Source of the DNA: an uncultured bacterium
Lineage (GTDB): Bacteria; Babelota; Babeliae; Babelales; Babelaceae
Length of the DNA stretch: 64,000 bases
Reading direction: 5' to 3'
Assembly (NCBI GenBank): GCA_963717435.1
Contig: OY970332.1
Location: forward strand, 32,001 to 96,000
Each line of letters opens with the position of its first letter. The stretch's first letter is position 1. Both the position numbers and the translations under genes were made by a program. This document shows, one piece after another, positions 49,476-61,688 of the stretch. The notes beneath the pieces are model-generated. The model did no database searches. It was not told the origin of the DNA and was given only the letters and a program-made list of their open reading frames with translations.

Positions 49476-49495
49476 AATCTTTTATTTCCTGATTA

Positions 49496-49999
49496 TTACT
49501 GTTCTTTAACCAACTGAGCGATATCCATACCACGCAGCTTAGCTATTCTTGAAGCCGAACGGCATTTAGCTAGTGCATTTAATGTAGCTTTAGCAACGTT
49601 TTGTCCACATTTTGATGTGCCCACACTTTTTGCTAAAACATCTTTGATTCCGCAAGCTATCATAATAGCACGAACGGCACCACCAGCGATAACACCAGTA
49701 CCTTTATAGCCTGGTCTTATTTCAACTTTGCTAGCACCATGTCTACCAGCTACGTTATAGGGAACAGTTGTTCCTCTTAGGGAGACAGGAATCATATTTT
49801 TACGTGCAGAAATTGTAGCTTTGGCTATAGCTGAAGAAACCTCACGGCTCTTACCAAGACCAATACCTACGTTTCCAGCTTGATCACCTGAAACTACAAA
49901 GGCTGAGAAAGAAAATCTCTTACCACCTTTTGTAACTTTGGTAACACGATTGACACTTACAACTGTGTCCACAAATTCTTTTTTCTTCTCTGACATCAC
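49496..49999 (-). CDS. rpsE: 30S ribosomal protein S5
   Basis: RVTKVTKGGKRFSFSA, GTGVIAGG. Confidence 0.97.
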   Translation of the reverse strand: MMSEKKKEFVDTVVSVNRVTKVTKGGKRFSFSAFVVSGDQAGNVGIGLGKSREVSSAIAKATISARKNMIPVSLRGTTVPYNVAGRHGASKVEIRPGYKGTGVIAGGAVRAIMIACGIKDVLAKSVGTSKCGQNVAKATLNALAKCRSASRIAKLRGMDIAQLVKEQ

Positions 50000-50012
50000 T
50001 TTTTCCTAAGTG

Positions 50013-50369
50013 TTAAATCTTAAGTCCACCTTCTCTAATACCTTCAGCTAGCGCCTTAACTCTGCCATGATACAAGAATGACCCTCTATCAAAAGCGGCT
50101 TTTGTTACGCCATGCTTCATAGCTCTTTCCGCTAGAGCTTTTCCAACTTCTTTGGCAATAGCTTTTTTATCACCTTTTAAGTTTTCAAGTTCTAAAGAAG
50201 AACAAGATACTAAAGTTTTTTGAACATTATCGTCTATAATTTGGGCATAAATATGCTTCAAACTTCTAAAAACCGAAACCCTGACGCCTTCACTGCTAGA
50301 AGAGATATTTTTTCTAACTCTTAGAGCACGTCTTTTATTTCTTTGGGCAATTTTTCTTTCTACTGACAC
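50013..50369 (-). CDS. rplR: 50S ribosomal protein L18
   Basis: [29 protein letters not shown]. Confidence 0.97.
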   Translation of the reverse strand: MSVERKIAQRNKRRALRVRKNISSSSEGVRVSVFRSLKHIYAQIIDDNVQKTLVSCSSLELENLKGDKKAIAKEVGKALAERAMKHGVTKAAFDRGSFLYHGRVKALAEGIREGGLKI

Positions 50370-50399
50370 ACGTACACCTTCTCGGGGTTATTTTAATAA

Positions 50400-50942
50400 T
50401 TAAGCAGATTTGGTTTTACCAGCCTTGCGCAATATAACTTCGGTCGCGTACTGTACACCGGTGCCTTTATATGGCTCAGGTGGTCTAAACGAACGAATTT
50501 CACTACAAACTTTACCCAACAAATCTTTATCAAAAGATTTGACTGTTAATAATTGTCCAGTTTTATCTGTTTCAATAGTAACATTTTTGGGTAAATTTAA
50601 ATCGATCTTGTGGCTAAACCCAAGAGAGAACTGGACTTTATTTCCAGAAACTTGTGCTTTAAATCCAAGACCGTTAATTTTAATTTGCTTTTCAAATACA
50701 GTATCAGAGCCTTTAATTGCGTTTGACAATAGCGCTCTGTGAAGTCCCCAAACTCTTCTAACGTCTGAGTTAAATTTATCTTCGGCACTGATTCTAAGCT
50801 GTTTGCCGTCTAAAGCTACAGTAAGCTCTTTAGGAAGTATATACACACCAGAAGACTTTTTTCCTGTGTAGTGTACTTCTTGACCTTTGACTTCTACTTT
50901 TGAACCGCCCACATCTATGGGTCTTCTACCAATCTTTGACAT
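50400..50942 (-). CDS. rplF: 50S ribosomal protein L6
   Basis: MSKIG, LGFSH, RPPEPYKG. Confidence 0.97.
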   Translation of the reverse strand: MSKIGRRPIDVGGSKVEVKGQEVHYTGKKSSGVYILPKELTVALDGKQLRISAEDKFNSDVRRVWGLHRALLSNAIKGSDTVFEKQIKINGLGFKAQVSGNKVQFSLGFSHKIDLNLPKNVTIETDKTGQLLTVKSFDKDLLGKVCSEIRSFRPPEPYKGTGVQYATEVILRKAGKTKSA

Positions 50943-50948
50943 AAGTTC

Positions 50949-51344
50949 CTACCACACAGTACAGATTATCTCACCACCAACAGACTGCTGGCGAGCTTTT
51001 TTATTTGTCATTATGCCTTTGCTTGTAGACAAAATAGAAACGCCTAGTCCACCAATTACTGGACTAACGTCTGAAATGCTCTTGTAGACTCTGCGACCAG
51101 GAACGCTGACGCGGTCTATTTCGTGGATAGCGGATTCGCCATCAACATATTTAAGAGCAACTTTAATTTGCTTAAAGCCGGATTCATCATCAACAAGAGA
51201 AACAGATTTAACAAATCCCTCTTGCTCTAAAATTTGCGCGATCTGATATTTCATTTGTGAATGTGGAATCAAAACAAAGCGTTTTGAAGCCATCACTCCA
51301 TTACGAATTATCGTCAAAAAATCGCCGATTGTATCAATTGACAT
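50949..51344 (-). CDS. rpsH: 30S ribosomal protein S8
   Basis: DTIGDFLTIIRN, S.PGRRVY, GLGVSILSTSKG; start at ATG 51344. Confidence 0.97.
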   Translation of the reverse strand: MSIDTIGDFLTIIRNGVMASKRFVLIPHSQMKYQIAQILEQEGFVKSVSLVDDESGFKQIKVALKYVDGESAIHEIDRVSVPGRRVYKSISDVSPVIGGLGVSILSTSKGIMTNKKARQQSVGGEIICTVW

Positions 51345-51363
51345 TATAGTCCCTTTAGAAATT

Positions 51364-51549
51364 CTACCAACTTGTTTTCTTAACTCCAGGCAAAAGCCCA
51401 CGTAATGCCAAGTCTCTAAAACAGAGCCTGCACATCATAAAGGCCCCGATGTAACCTCTTGCTCTACCGCAGAGTTGACAACGATTTTTTTGTCTTGTAG
51501 AAAACTTTGGAGTTTTATTACTTTTTTCTATTAAAGCTTTTCTTGCCAT
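51364..51549 (-). CDS. rpsN: 30S ribosomal protein S14 (Zn-binding type Z)
   Basis: RCQLCGR, CRLCFR, PGVKKTSW. Confidence 0.97.
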   Translation of the reverse strand: MARKALIEKSNKTPKFSTRQKNRCQLCGRARGYIGAFMMCRLCFRDLALRGLLPGVKKTSW

Positions 51550-51560
51550 GCAATATACCT

Positions 51561-52109
51561 TTATTTACCTTTACGAAACGGCATACCAAAACTTTTCAGC
51601 AGCTCAAAACCATGCTGATCATTTTTTGCTGACGTATGAATGGTAATATTAAGACCGTGAACTTTATCTTGAGAAGCTTTTTCAGCTTCAGGAAAAATAA
51701 CCCAATCTTTGATCCCAAGATTATAACTACCACGACCATCAAGTTTAGTTGTTACACCTTGAAAGTCACGAACCTTAGGCAAAGATAGATTAATTAATTT
51801 ATCAAGAAAATTATACATAGCATCGCGACGCAATGTCACTTTAACGCCAATGGGCATACCTTCACGAATTTTGAAAGTAGCAATCGACTTACGAGCTAAG
51901 CATCTGACTGGTGCCTGACCACTTATATTTGCTACAACGTTAGAGATTAGTTGCAAGACTTTGCTATCTGCAACAGCTTCTTTGACACCAACGTTTAGCA
52001 CAATTTTTTCAATCTTTGGCACTTCCATTACGTTTTTTACACCAAGCTTGTCTTTAAGCTCTGGACGTAATTTCTCGAAATATAAATCTTTAAAACGCGC
52101 ACTTGCCAT
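51561..52109 (-). CDS. rplE: 50S ribosomal protein L5
   Basis: VPKIEKIVLNVG, FKIREG, LPKVRDFQG. Confidence 0.97.
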   Translation of the reverse strand: MASARFKDLYFEKLRPELKDKLGVKNVMEVPKIEKIVLNVGVKEAVADSKVLQLISNVVANISGQAPVRCLARKSIATFKIREGMPIGVKVTLRRDAMYNFLDKLINLSLPKVRDFQGVTTKLDGRGSYNLGIKDWVIFPEAEKASQDKVHGLNITIHTSAKNDQHGFELLKSFGMPFRKGK

Positions 52110-52133
52110 TTTTATTAAACCTTTATCCAATTA

Positions 52134-52445
52134 TCAAATAACTTCTTTGCAGTTGTTGCAAACACGCTGGCGCAGACCCGTATCCAGAACTTTTGAGTTT
52201 ACACGACATGGCTCTTTGCAAGATTGGCAGACAGGCATAACTTTGGACACATTAATATAAGTCTCTTGCTTCTTAATACCAGAAGCTTGACCCTGTTTAC
52301 GTGCTTTTAAGTGCTTGGTAACAACAGAAACACCCTGAACCAAAATTTGGTTATCTTTGGGAGAAACGTCTATAACTAAGCCTTGCTTGCCCTTATCTTT
52401 TCCTGCGATAACAACCACTGTATCATTTTTTTTAACACGCATCAT
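52134..52445 (-). CDS. rplX: 50S ribosomal protein L24
   Basis: KOW motif VKKNDTVVVIAGKDKGK. Confidence 0.97.
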   Translation of the reverse strand: MMRVKKNDTVVVIAGKDKGKQGLVIDVSPKDNQILVQGVSVVTKHLKARKQGQASGIKKQETYINVSKVMPVCQSCKEPCRVNSKVLDTGLRQRVCNNCKEVI

Positions 52446-52460
52446 AATAGTAATAACCTC

Positions 52461-52841
52461 CTATAGAACTTCTGGTGCCAATGAAATTATCTTGCTAAGA
52501 TCATGTCCAGACTGTCTCAACTCACGTGCGACAGGTCCGAAAACACGGGACCCTACTGGAGCCGTATCATCAACACTTTTAATTATTACGGCAGCATTGT
52601 CACCAAATCTTATATAACTACCATCAGAACGGCGTTGCTCTTTTTTGGCTCTAACGATAACAGCGGTAACAACGTCACCTTTTTTAACCAATCCACCAGG
52701 TATGGCTTTTTTTACTGCACATCTAATTAGGTCGCCTATGTATGCGATTTTTTTGCCGGTACTTCCAACAACGTGGATACATTGCAGAGCCTGAGCACCT
52801 GAATTATCTGCTACTTCTAAGTAAGTTTCTTTTTGAATCAT
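52461..52841 (-). CDS. rplN: 50S ribosomal protein L14
   Basis: [25 protein letters not shown]. Confidence 0.98.
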   Translation of the reverse strand: MIQKETYLEVADNSGAQALQCIHVVGSTGKKIAYIGDLIRCAVKKAIPGGLVKKGDVVTAVIVRAKKEQRRSDGSYIRFGDNAAVIIKSVDDTAPVGSRVFGPVARELRQSGHDLSKIISLAPEVL

Positions 52842-52862
52842 GATTTATATCCTTAAAAGCAA

Positions 52863-53135
52863 CTATTTGGTGTTGGCAGCAGAACGCACGACTTTATCTA
52901 AGTACATATATTTTGTCTTAGAAACAGGTCTGCCTTCATAGATTGAAACTACATCACCAACTTTGGCTTGTCCAAGCTCATCATGAACTTTATAAGTCTT
53001 TGAAGATCTTGTCACTTTGCCAAGAAGTTTGTGAACACTTGTAAGCTCAACTTCAACCACAACGGTTTTGTCCATCTTATCAGACACAACTTCACCAACT
53101 AGCGTACGCTTTGTTTTCTTTTTAACATCAACCAT
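52863..53135 (-). CDS. rpsQ: 30S ribosomal protein S17
   Basis: [21 protein letters not shown]. Confidence 0.97.
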   Translation of the reverse strand: MVDVKKKTKRTLVGEVVSDKMDKTVVVEVELTSVHKLLGKVTRSSKTYKVHDELGQAKVGDVVSIYEGRPVSKTKYMYLDKVVRSAANTK

Positions 53136-53325
53136 TTAAAGCCCTCAATTTAGTTAATACTCTGGCGATATCAGCGCGCAGTTTTTTAAACTTAGTGTGG
53201 TCCTTAACATGTTCCGTTGCAGAACTTAATCTCAAATTGCACAATTCATGTCTTAATGAATCTCTCTTTGATTCTAGTTCTTTAACAGATAGAGTGTTAA
53301 ATATTTCTTTTTCACTTTTATTCAT
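53128..53325 (-). CDS. rpmC: 50S ribosomal protein L29
   Basis: [10 protein letters not shown]; operon position. Confidence 0.93.
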   Translation of the reverse strand: MNKSEKEIFNTLSVKELESKRDSLRHELCNLRLSSATEHVKDHTKFKKLRADIARVLTKLRALNG

Positions 53326-53328
53326 GAT

Positions 53329-53766
53329 TTAACTAACCACATTTTGGTTTGGAACAACTTCTTTCTTTACGAATTTCGTTTTGATTGGAAGCTTATATGC
53401 AGCTAGGCGCAATGCCTCTTTTGCAGAAACTTCATCCAACCCCGAAATTTCACAAATAATACGTTCTCGTTTAACAACAGCAACCCAATACTCGACTCCA
53501 CCTTTACCCTTACCCATACGTGTTTCAGCAGGTTTTTTGGTTACCGGTTTGTCGGGGAAGACTCTTAAAAAAAGCTTACCTTCTTTTTTAAGTCTTCTTG
53601 AAATTGTTACACGAATAGCTTCTATTTGTTGTGCAGTAAGCCATACAGCCTCAACAGCTTGTAGACCATACTCACCAAAGGCTAAGTCTCTAGCCCCTTT
53701 TGAAAGTCCGCCTTTACGGCCTTTTTGGACTTTACGATATTTTGTTTTCTTTGGCATCAATGACAT
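53329..53766 (-). CDS. rplP: 50S ribosomal protein L16
   Basis: [26 protein letters not shown]. Confidence 0.98.
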   Translation of the reverse strand: MSLMPKKTKYRKVQKGRKGGLSKGARDLAFGEYGLQAVEAVWLTAQQIEAIRVTISRRLKKEGKLFLRVFPDKPVTKKPAETRMGKGKGGVEYWVAVVKRERIICEISGLDEVSAKEALRLAAYKLPIKTKFVKKEVVPNQNVVS

Positions 53767-53769
53767 TGC

Positions 53770-54414
53770 TTAATCTTTCTTGTATTCGCCTCTGCAAATC
53801 CAGACCTTAACGCCAATTACGCCATAAGTAGTTCTAGCTTCTTCAAAACCATAATCTACATCAGAGCGCAAAGTATGCAAAGGCACAGAACCTGAACGTT
53901 CCCATTCAGAACGGGCGATTTCAGCTCCACCCAATCTTCCTGAACAACAAATCTTTATTCCACGTGCGCCAGCTTTTAATGTACTCATTACAGCCTTTTT
54001 CATCGCACCTTTAAAGCTAACTCGCTTTTCAAGTTGTTCAGCTATATTTTTAGCAACTAAAGTAGCATTAAGTTCAGGGTTTTTAACTTCTTGAACTGAG
54101 ACTTCTACTGATCCACGTTTAAGCAAATCAGAAAGATCTTTACGTAATGCTTCAATGTCCTGGCCCTTCTTGCCAATAACAACACCTGGGCGAGCAGAAT
54201 GTAATATTATTCTAGCAGTTTCACCAGTTTTTTCTATCTCAACATCAGCAATTTCAGCAAATCCAAGATGCTTTTTTATATATTGTCTGATCTTCAAATC
54301 TTCAAATACTTGGCGAGCATAAGAATTCTTGTTGACTTTTGCAAACCAACGAGAACTCCAAGAGCGGAAGCCTCCGCCTATTCTGAACCCTATCGGGTGA
54401 ACTTTTTGTCCCAT
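53770..54414 (-). CDS. rpsC: 30S ribosomal protein S3
   Basis: MGQKVHPIGFR, RPGVVIGKKG, GRLGGAEIAR. Confidence 0.98.
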   Translation of the reverse strand: MGQKVHPIGFRIGGGFRSWSSRWFAKVNKNSYARQVFEDLKIRQYIKKHLGFAEIADVEIEKTGETARIILHSARPGVVIGKKGQDIEALRKDLSDLLKRGSVEVSVQEVKNPELNATLVAKNIAEQLEKRVSFKGAMKKAVMSTLKAGARGIKICCSGRLGGAEIARSEWERSGSVPLHTLRSDVDYGFEEARTTYGVIGVKVWICRGEYKKD

Positions 54415-54415
54415 A

Positions 54416-54772
54416 TTATACCTTTTTAGTTTCTAATTTAGATATAGATTCCAAGGTAACACTTATATGGCACAGACGTTTGCGTTGTGGCATAGCTCTG
54501 CCCTGCGCACCGGGTCTGAAATATTTATAAATTGGACCTTGATCCACACGTATTTCTTTAACTAACAAATTGCTTGCATCAAGATTTTGCAAATTTTTTG
54601 CATTTGCAATAGCTGATTCAACCAATTTTCTAATGGGACCAGATCTTTGTGTGCCATAGGTTAATAACCAACCCACAGCATGATCCGCGCCCTTTCCTCT
54701 TATCATATTCACAAGCGGTCTAAGCTTATAAGGCGAATATGATATATATTTAGCTTTCGCTACAAATTGCAT
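54416..54772 (-). CDS. rplV: 50S ribosomal protein L22
   Basis: SPYKLR, SAIANA, VDQGP, AQGRA. Confidence 0.96.
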   Translation of the reverse strand: MQFVAKAKYISYSPYKLRPLVNMIRGKGADHAVGWLLTYGTQRSGPIRKLVESAIANAKNLQNLDASNLLVKEIRVDQGPIYKYFRPGAQGRAMPQRKRLCHISVTLESISKLETKKV

Positions 54773-54824
54773 TTTAAGACCTCAATTCACTATTGTATAC
54801 AGTTTTTATAGTATACCATAAAAT

Positions 54825-55115
54825 TTATTTTTCTGCTGGAGCAGCACCAGTTTGTCTTTGACCACTATGCAGTCTAAACGTTCTGGTAGGTGCAAATTCA
54901 CCAAGTTTATGACCAACCATATCTTCAGTGACAAACACTGAAATAAACTTTCGGCCATCATGAACCGCTATGGTCAACCCTACAAATTCAGGAAGAACCA
55001 TGCTTCTGCGTGACCAGGTCTTGATAACTTCTCTTTTGCCAGAAGATTTAGTCTTCTCGACTTTGTTCATAAGAGATTCGTCAACAAAAGGACCCTTTTT
55101 GGTAGAACGAGCCAT
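54825..55115 (-). CDS. rpsS: 30S ribosomal protein S19
   Basis: [25 protein letters not shown]. Confidence 0.98.
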   Translation of the reverse strand: MARSTKKGPFVDESLMNKVEKTKSSGKREVIKTWSRRSMVLPEFVGLTIAVHDGRKFISVFVTEDMVGHKLGEFAPTRTFRLHSGQRQTGAAPAEK

Positions 55116-55132
55116 ATTATTTGCCTTCTAGT

Positions 55133-55951
55133 TTAAGGTTTTCTTCTTTTAATTATAAGCGGATTATGACGCTTACGTGTTCTGGTACCCTTACAACCCT
55201 TACCCCACGGAGTTACAGGATGTGATCCAGATTTGGATCTACCTTCACCACCACCGTGTGGGTGATCAACAGGGTTCATGGCCATACCTCTAACGTGAGG
55301 TCTAAATCCACGATGTCTTGTACGTCCTGCTTTTCCTAGAGTAATATTCTTGTGATCAGCATTTCCAAGAACACCTACAGTTGCCCAGCAATCCAAATTA
55401 ACCATTCGAATTTCACCAGAAGGCATCGCCAACGTTACGTTAACATCGCCCTTTGCAACTATTCTAACAGAAGTACCTGCACTTCTTGCAAACTTTCCAC
55501 CAGAACCTGGTTTTATTTCAACATTATGAACAATAAAACCAACTGGTATAGAACGCAATGGGAGACAGTTACCAACTTTTGGTTCTACTTGTTCCCCTGC
55601 TGTTATAATAGTCCCTACTGTCAAACCTTCAGGCATTAAAATATATCTTTTGCAACCATTAGCATAAACAACAAGACCGATTCTAACATTACGATTTGGA
55701 TCATATTCTATTGAAACAACTTTTCCAAGAATATCACGTTCACTGCGTCTGAAATCGATAATACGATACTTCTTTTCAGCACCGCCACCACGATATCTAA
55801 CAGTGATACGACCGTAAGCATTTCTACCGCCACTTTTGCGTAAACCCACAACAAGACTACGTTCTGGTGACTTTGTAGTTATATCACTGTTGTCTATAAA
55901 AGTCTGGAAACGCAAAGATGGGTTTCTAGGTTTTCTACTTACTATAGCCAT
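55133..55951 (-). CDS. rplB: 50S ribosomal protein L2
   Basis: IEYDPNR, ARSAG, MNPVDHPHGGGEG. Confidence 0.98.
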   Translation of the reverse strand: MAIVSRKPRNPSLRFQTFIDNSDITTKSPERSLVVGLRKSGGRNAYGRITVRYRGGGAEKKYRIIDFRRSERDILGKVVSIEYDPNRNVRIGLVVYANGCKRYILMPEGLTVGTIITAGEQVEPKVGNCLPLRSIPVGFIVHNVEIKPGSGGKFARSAGTSVRIVAKGDVNVTLAMPSGEIRMVNLDCWATVGVLGNADHKNITLGKAGRTRHRGFRPHVRGMAMNPVDHPHGGGEGRSKSGSHPVTPWGKGCKGTRTRKRHNPLIIKRRKP

Positions 55952-56287
55952 TTATATACCCTTACTAATTTGGTCATGTTGCATTGCTGCATTTTCAGCA
56001 CCTAACCCAGTATTAACCGAATAGCCCTCTTTAAGAGTAACTATAGCTTTTTTTACTGTTTTACCGTAGGTGATTCTACGACCAACTCTGCGAGTTTTAC
56101 CCTTGCGGATACTCGTTCTAACTTTTTCAACTTCTACATTAAATAATTTCTTTAATGCATCTGCAATCATCGGCTTATTCGCCTTAGGATGAACCTTTAA
56201 TGTAATTTGGTTCAAACCGTTTTGTTGCTTATAAGACTTCTCGGTAACCCAAGGGCCTTGAATAATATCATATATTGTTAAATCCAT
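55952..56287 (-). CDS. rplW: 50S ribosomal protein L23
   Basis: [20 protein letters not shown]. Confidence 0.96.
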   Translation of the reverse strand: MDLTIYDIIQGPWVTEKSYKQQNGLNQITLKVHPKANKPMIADALKKLFNVEVEKVRTSIRKGKTRRVGRRITYGKTVKKAIVTLKEGYSVNTGLGAENAAMQHDQISKGI

Positions 56288-56904
56288 CTTCCAACCATTT
56301 CTTTAAAAGAGTCCGTATCTTTTTTTAGGAAAACCCAAGCTCTTCCATCTGCAAGATCATAAGCATTAGGCTGGTCAAAAAGAAGCATTTTTACATTTGG
56401 TAAGTTCGCAAACGACGCATGAATATTATGGTCATTTGGCGAAACAAACAAAACTATTTTTTCATTATGAAAATTATTGCTCTTTAGAGCTTTGAAAGCC
56501 GCTGATGTTTTTGGTGAATCACTTTCTAGATTCCAGTCTATAGAAAATATTTTTCGATTTTCTAAATACTGAGCCAACAAGTTTCCTAAAACCGTATTCT
56601 TCAACTTTTTTGAAAGCTTTAAGGTTCTAACTCTTTCTTGTGGACCAAAAATAACGCCACCCTTACGCCACAATGGAGATCTTAATGACCCTGCACGTGC
56701 ACGACCGGTACCCTTTTGCTTCCAAGGCTTCTTGTTTGAAAATGCCACTTCTGATCTATCTTTGCATGCAACTGTGCCTTGGCGCCAACCTTGACGCAAA
56801 GCTTTGACATATATAGACAAATTAACAGGTGAGCACTTTAGTGACTCCAAATCTTCCAATCGCAAATCGGAAGCAGTTACTATATTTGATTTTGTTATAT
56901 CCAT
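56278..56904 (-). CDS. rplD: 50S ribosomal protein L4
   Basis: [26 protein letters not shown]. Confidence 0.96.
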   Translation of the reverse strand: MDITKSNIVTASDLRLEDLESLKCSPVNLSIYVKALRQGWRQGTVACKDRSEVAFSNKKPWKQKGTGRARAGSLRSPLWRKGGVIFGPQERVRTLKLSKKLKNTVLGNLLAQYLENRKIFSIDWNLESDSPKTSAAFKALKSNNFHNEKIVLFVSPNDHNIHASFANLPNVKMLLFDQPNAYDLADGRAWVFLKKDTDSFKEMVGRWI

Positions 56905-56909
56905 ACTGC

Positions 56910-57533
56910 TTACCTGCTCTTCTTAACAAAAACTAAAGAACCTGATTTACCAGGAATAGTACCCTTAATAAGTACAACACCTGCGGCAGATTCTGTTTTA
57001 ATAACCTTAAGATTTTGCATGACGCGGCTATCGACACCCATGTGTCCAGGTAATTTTTTACCTTTTATAACCTTACCTTGGCTACGCATAAAACCTAGTG
57101 AACCAGGAGCTCTTCCAAGCTTGGAACCGTGGCTTGCTCTTCCGCCAGAAAAGTCATGTCGTCTCATACCGCCCGCAAAACCAGCACCCTTTGTTATGCC
57201 CCATACGTCGACAGAATCGCCGTTTGACAAAACAGAGTCCAAGTTAGTAATTTGACCAACAGTCAAACCTTCTACTGCGTCGGCTAAACGAATTTCTCTT
57301 AAACAACCAAAATATTTCTTAGGTGCAGAAATCCATTCTTGTGAAAATTCTTTGCCCGAAAATCTTGGCTTAATATATCCCACTTGAATTGCGTCATATC
57401 CGTCATTCTCTTTGGTTTTTATTTGTGTAATATACCAATTTGAGACGTCTATAACGGTCACGGGGACTACTTTATTTTCTGCTGTAAAAACTTGGGTCAT
57501 TCCAATTTTTTTACCCCAGAGACCATTAACCAT
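56910..57533 (-). CDS. rplC: 50S ribosomal protein L3
   Basis: [26 protein letters not shown]. Confidence 0.97.
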   Translation of the reverse strand: MVNGLWGKKIGMTQVFTAENKVVPVTVIDVSNWYITQIKTKENDGYDAIQVGYIKPRFSGKEFSQEWISAPKKYFGCLREIRLADAVEGLTVGQITNLDSVLSNGDSVDVWGITKGAGFAGGMRRHDFSGGRASHGSKLGRAPGSLGFMRSQGKVIKGKKLPGHMGVDSRVMQNLKVIKTESAAGVVLIKGTIPGKSGSLVFVKKSR

Positions 57534-57562
57534 TGAATGACCTTTCTTTGCTATCTTCTGTT

Positions 57563-57883
57563 CTATTTGATTTCAACGTCGACTCCAGATGAGATACTTA
57601 ATTTCATTAAAGCATCCATAGTTTGATCTGAAGGAGAAACAATATCTAAAAGACGTCTATGCGTTGTCAATTCAAATTGTTCTCTAGATTTTTTGTCAAC
57701 GTGAGGAGATCTCAAAACCGTGAAGCAGCGCTTCTTGTTAGGCAGAGGTACAGGTCCCATAACTTGGGAACCTGTACGCTTAACTGTCAAAACAATTTGA
57801 CGAACAGCTTTATCTAACAGCTGGTGATCGTACGATTTCAAGGTCAAACGAATTTTTTGTTTTTTCATACGTTTTTCGCTCAA
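57563..57883 (-). CDS. rpsJ: 30S ribosomal protein S10
   Basis: [20 protein letters not shown]. Confidence 0.98.
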   Translation of the reverse strand: MSEKRMKKQKIRLTLKSYDHQLLDKAVRQIVLTVKRTGSQVMGPVPLPNKKRCFTVLRSPHVDKKSREQFELTTHRRLLDIVSPSDQTMDALMKLSISSGVDVEIK

Positions 57884-57885
57884 AA

Positions 57886-59076
57886 TTAGTCTAATATTTG
57901 TGTAACGATTCCTGATCCAACGGTCTTTCCGCCTTCACGGATTGGGAAACGTTGATCTTTTTCCATAGCAATTGATGTCATCAAATCAACAGTCAATTCA
58001 ACGTTATCACCAGGCATAACCATTTCGCGGCCAGCTGGAAGTGTTACATCACCGGTAACGTCTGTTGTTCTGAAATAGAACTGAGGACGATATCCTGTGA
58101 AGAACGGACTATGACGTCCACCTTCTTCTTTACTCAAAACATAAACTTGAGCTTTAAATTTCTTATGTGGAGTTACTGAACCTGGTTTAGCAAGAACCAT
58201 ACCACGTTCAATTTCTTCTTTCTTAGTACCACGCAACAAAATACCAACGTTGTCACCAGCTTCACCGAAATCCAGAGTTTTTCTGAACATTTCGATACCG
58301 GTTACTGTTGTCTTTTGTGAAGCACCAAGTCCAACTAATTCGATTTCATCGCCAACTTTGATACGGCCTCTTTCAACACGTCCTGTTGCAACTGTACCAC
58401 GACCAGGGATCGAGAATACACCCTCAACGGCCATCAAGAACGGCTTATCTACTTCGCGAGTTGGTTCTTTAACGTAATTATCAAGAGCATCCGCCAATTT
58501 CAAAATAGCTTGTTCACCAATTTCTGATGTATCGCCATTTAGAGCTTTTAGAGCAGATCCACGAATTACAGGAACTTCTTTTCCAGGGAATCCATATTTT
58601 GAAAGAAGATCACGAATTTCTTCTTCAACCATTTCAACCATGTCTGGATCATCGACCATATCAACTTTGTTCAAGAAAACAACGATTGAAGGTACGCCTA
58701 CGTTTTTAGCCAAAAGAATATGTTCTCTTGTTTGAGGCATAGCACCGTCAGCAGCAGAAACTACCAAGATAGCTCCGTCCATCTGAGCGGCACCCGTGAT
58801 CATATTTTTAATATAGTCAGCATGGCCAGGGCAGTCAACGTGCGCATAGTGACGCTTAGCTGTTTCATACTCAACGTGTGAAATAGCAATGGTAATACCA
58901 CGTGCTTTTTCTTCTGGAGCATTATCGATTTGATCATATTTTCTTGCTTCAGCCCAGCCCTTTTTAGACAAAACTGTTGTTATAGCCGCAGTTAAAGTAG
59001 TTTTACCATGATCAACGTGACCAATGGTACCGACGTTTACGTGAGGCTTTTTGCGCTCAAATACGCCTTTTGCCAT
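57886..59076 (-). CDS. tuf: Elongation factor Tu
   Basis: [35 protein letters not shown]. Confidence 0.99.
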   Translation of the reverse strand: MAKGVFERKKPHVNVGTIGHVDHGKTTLTAAITTVLSKKGWAEARKYDQIDNAPEEKARGITIAISHVEYETAKRHYAHVDCPGHADYIKNMITGAAQMDGAILVVSAADGAMPQTREHILLAKNVGVPSIVVFLNKVDMVDDPDMVEMVEEEIRDLLSKYGFPGKEVPVIRGSALKALNGDTSEIGEQAILKLADALDNYVKEPTREVDKPFLMAVEGVFSIPGRGTVATGRVERGRIKVGDEIELVGLGASQKTTVTGIEMFRKTLDFGEAGDNVGILLRGTKKEEIERGMVLAKPGSVTPHKKFKAQVYVLSKEEGGRHSPFFTGYRPQFYFRTTDVTGDVTLPAGREMVMPGDNVELTVDLMTSIAMEKDQRFPIREGGKTVGSGIVTQILD

Positions 59077-59106
59077 GTCATCTCCTAAGTGGAACTATTA
59101 TTTAAA

Positions 59107-61167
59107 CTATTTATTAACACTACCAAGAATTTGTTCTTGGACATTCTTTGCTACTTCTCTGTAGCATGCAAATTCCATGGAATAACTAGCGCGTCCTTTA
59201 GACATCGAACGCAGCTCAGTTGCGTAGCCAAACATTCTTTCAAGTGGAACTTCAGACTCAATAATCTGACTTCCATTTTTAGAATCCATGCTTAATATGC
59301 GGCCACGTCTTGCATTAAGATCACCTATCACATCACCCATATATTCTTCTGGCGTTTCAACTTCGACACGCATTATAGGCTCCAATAGAACCGGATCAGC
59401 TTTTGACATGGCAGCTCTAAATGCCATACCAGCTGCAATCTTAAATGCGATTTCAGAAGAGTCAACGTCGTGATACGACCCATCATAAACACTAGCTTTC
59501 ACGTCAACCACTGGATAACCACCCAATACACCGGTAGCAAGAGACTCTTCAAGTCCTTTTTCTACACCAGGTATATATTCTCTAGGAATGGTCCCTCCAA
59601 CGATATCGTTTTCAAACTCATAGCCTTTTCCTCTTTCAAGGGGCTCTAGCTTGATCCAGACGTGTCCATACTGTCCATGACCACCAGACTGACGGATAAA
59701 TTTACCCTCGGCTTGTGCAGGCTTTTGAATCGTTTCCTTAAAAGCAACTTGCAGCTTTCCTTGTGTCAATTCAACCTTATGCTCACGTTTCAATCTATCA
59801 ACGATAATTTCAAGATGAAGTTCTCCCATCCCTGAAATAACCGTCTGACTTGTTTCTTTATTATAAGAAAAATGAAATGACGGATCTTCTTGCATCATTT
59901 TACGCAATGCAATGGTCATCTTGTCATAATCATTTTTTGTTTTCGGTTCAACAGAAGAGTGAATAACTGGAACCGGTATATCGATTTTTTCAAGAATAAT
60001 TTTATTCTTTTCATCACAAAGAGTATCACCGGTTGTAGCTTCTTTAACTCCAACTATAGCTCCGATATCTCCAGCTTTTAATTCTTGAATTTCTTCTTTT
60101 TTGTTTGCATGAAGCTTAATAAGACGGCTTACGCGCTCAGTTACGTTTCTTGTAGCATTATAAACATAAGATCCAGATTTAATTGTACCTGAATAAACTC
60201 TTATGAAACTTAACACACCAACAAACGGGTCTGTCATAATCTTAAATACTAATGCAGAAAACGGTGCTTCAGGATCAGCTTTTCTTGACTGAAGTTTATC
60301 AACACTTTCTATAGGCGGAATATCTAATGGAGACGGCAAGTAATCAACAACCGCGTCCAACAATAATTGCACGCCCTTATTTTTGAAAGCAGATCCACAG
60401 AACGCAGGAGTTATTTTTCTATCAAGAACACCTTGGCGCAGAGCAGCTTTAATTTCAGGCAAAGATATAGGCTCTTCGTTTAAGAACTTTTCAGCTAAAG
60501 CGTCGTCAAGATCGCAAACTTTTTCTACAACCTTTAAGCGCATCTCTTTAGCTTGTTCTTTATATTCAGCAGGAATTTCTTGCCAAACAACTTTTGTGCC
60601 CTTATCGTCAACACTAAAAGTTGCCATTTTTTCAGTAAGCAGATCTATAATCGCTGCAAAATCTTCAGAAGCGCCAACAGGTATCTGCATAGCTATGGCA
60701 TTACCATTAAGCTTTGTATTAATATCTTTAACTACTTTAAAGTAATCAGCACCGATACGATCAAGCTTATTTACAAAAACAATTCTAGGAACTTTATATC
60801 TATTAGACTGTCTCCAAACGGTTTCTGATTGAGGCTGAACACTACCAACACCACAAAAAACAGCAACGAACCCATCAAGAACACGCAACGATCTTCCAAC
60901 CTCAATTGTAAAATCAACGTGACCCGGGGTATCGATTATATTTATATGATGACCAGCCCAGCTACATGTAACTGCAGCGGCCGTAATGGTAATACCTCTT
61001 TCACGCTCTTGTTCCATCCAGTCAGTAGTTGCCGCACCTTCATGAACTTCGCCAATCTTGTGCACCAAACCCGTATAGAATAGAATACGCTCTGTCAGGG
61101 TAGTTTTACCAGCATCAATATGAGCTGCGATACCTATATTTCTGTATTTTTCTAAACCGTTACTCAT
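59107..61167 (-). CDS. fusA: Elongation factor G
   Basis: [37 protein letters not shown]. Confidence 0.99.
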   Translation of the reverse strand: MSNGLEKYRNIGIAAHIDAGKTTLTERILFYTGLVHKIGEVHEGAATTDWMEQERERGITITAAAVTCSWAGHHINIIDTPGHVDFTIEVGRSLRVLDGFVAVFCGVGSVQPQSETVWRQSNRYKVPRIVFVNKLDRIGADYFKVVKDINTKLNGNAIAMQIPVGASEDFAAIIDLLTEKMATFSVDDKGTKVVWQEIPAEYKEQAKEMRLKVVEKVCDLDDALAEKFLNEEPISLPEIKAALRQGVLDRKITPAFCGSAFKNKGVQLLLDAVVDYLPSPLDIPPIESVDKLQSRKADPEAPFSALVFKIMTDPFVGVLSFIRVYSGTIKSGSYVYNATRNVTERVSRLIKLHANKKEEIQELKAGDIGAIVGVKEATTGDTLCDEKNKIILEKIDIPVPVIHSSVEPKTKNDYDKMTIALRKMMQEDPSFHFSYNKETSQTVISGMGELHLEIIVDRLKREHKVELTQGKLQVAFKETIQKPAQAEGKFIRQSGGHGQYGHVWIKLEPLERGKGYEFENDIVGGTIPREYIPGVEKGLEESLATGVLGGYPVVDVKASVYDGSYHDVDSSEIAFKIAAGMAFRAAMSKADPVLLEPIMRVEVETPEEYMGDVIGDLNARRGRILSMDSKNGSQIIESEVPLERMFGYATELRSMSKGRASYSMEFACYREVAKNVQEQILGSVNK

Positions 61168-61193
61168 AAAGATTCCTTATATACCAAGAATAT

Positions 61194-61676
61194 TTACCAA
61201 GAATAATGAGAGAACGCTCTGTTAGCTTCTGCCATCTTATGAACATCTAATTTCTTTTTAACAGCAGAACCACGGCCCTCTGAAGCTTCTAAAAGCTCAT
61301 AACCTAATCTCAGTCCCATAGTTTTGTCTGATCTCTCTTTAGCGGCGCCGATAAGCCAACGCATAGCAAGAGCTCTACTTCTTCTTGCAGGAACTTCTGT
61401 AGGTATTTGATAAACACTACCACCCACACGTCTTGCTTTAACTTCTATAAATGGAGCTATTTGTTCAAGCGCTTTATTGAAAAGAGCCAAACCCTTTTCT
61501 TTATCGCCGCTAGACTTCTTTACCAACAAATCAATAGCATCATAAACTATTTCACGCGCAGCATTCTTTTTGCCGCGCCACATAACAACATTAATTAATT
61601 TTTGTACGGTCTCTGAGTTGTATACAGGATCTGTACCGATATCTCTTATAAAATTGACCGATTTACGTCTTGGCAT
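61194..61676 (-). CDS. rpsG: 30S ribosomal protein S7
   Basis: MPRR, RRVGGSVYQIP, HKMAEANRAFSHY. Confidence 0.98.
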   Translation of the reverse strand: MPRRKSVNFIRDIGTDPVYNSETVQKLINVVMWRGKKNAAREIVYDAIDLLVKKSSGDKEKGLALFNKALEQIAPFIEVKARRVGGSVYQIPTEVPARRSRALAMRWLIGAAKERSDKTMGLRLGYELLEASEGRGSAVKKKLDVHKMAEANRAFSHYSW

Positions 61677-61688
61677 CTAGTAACCTTC

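Noticed and set aside
42874-61598. Many plus-strand ORFs within the ribosomal superoperon
   Set aside because: Antisense shadows of highly conserved genes
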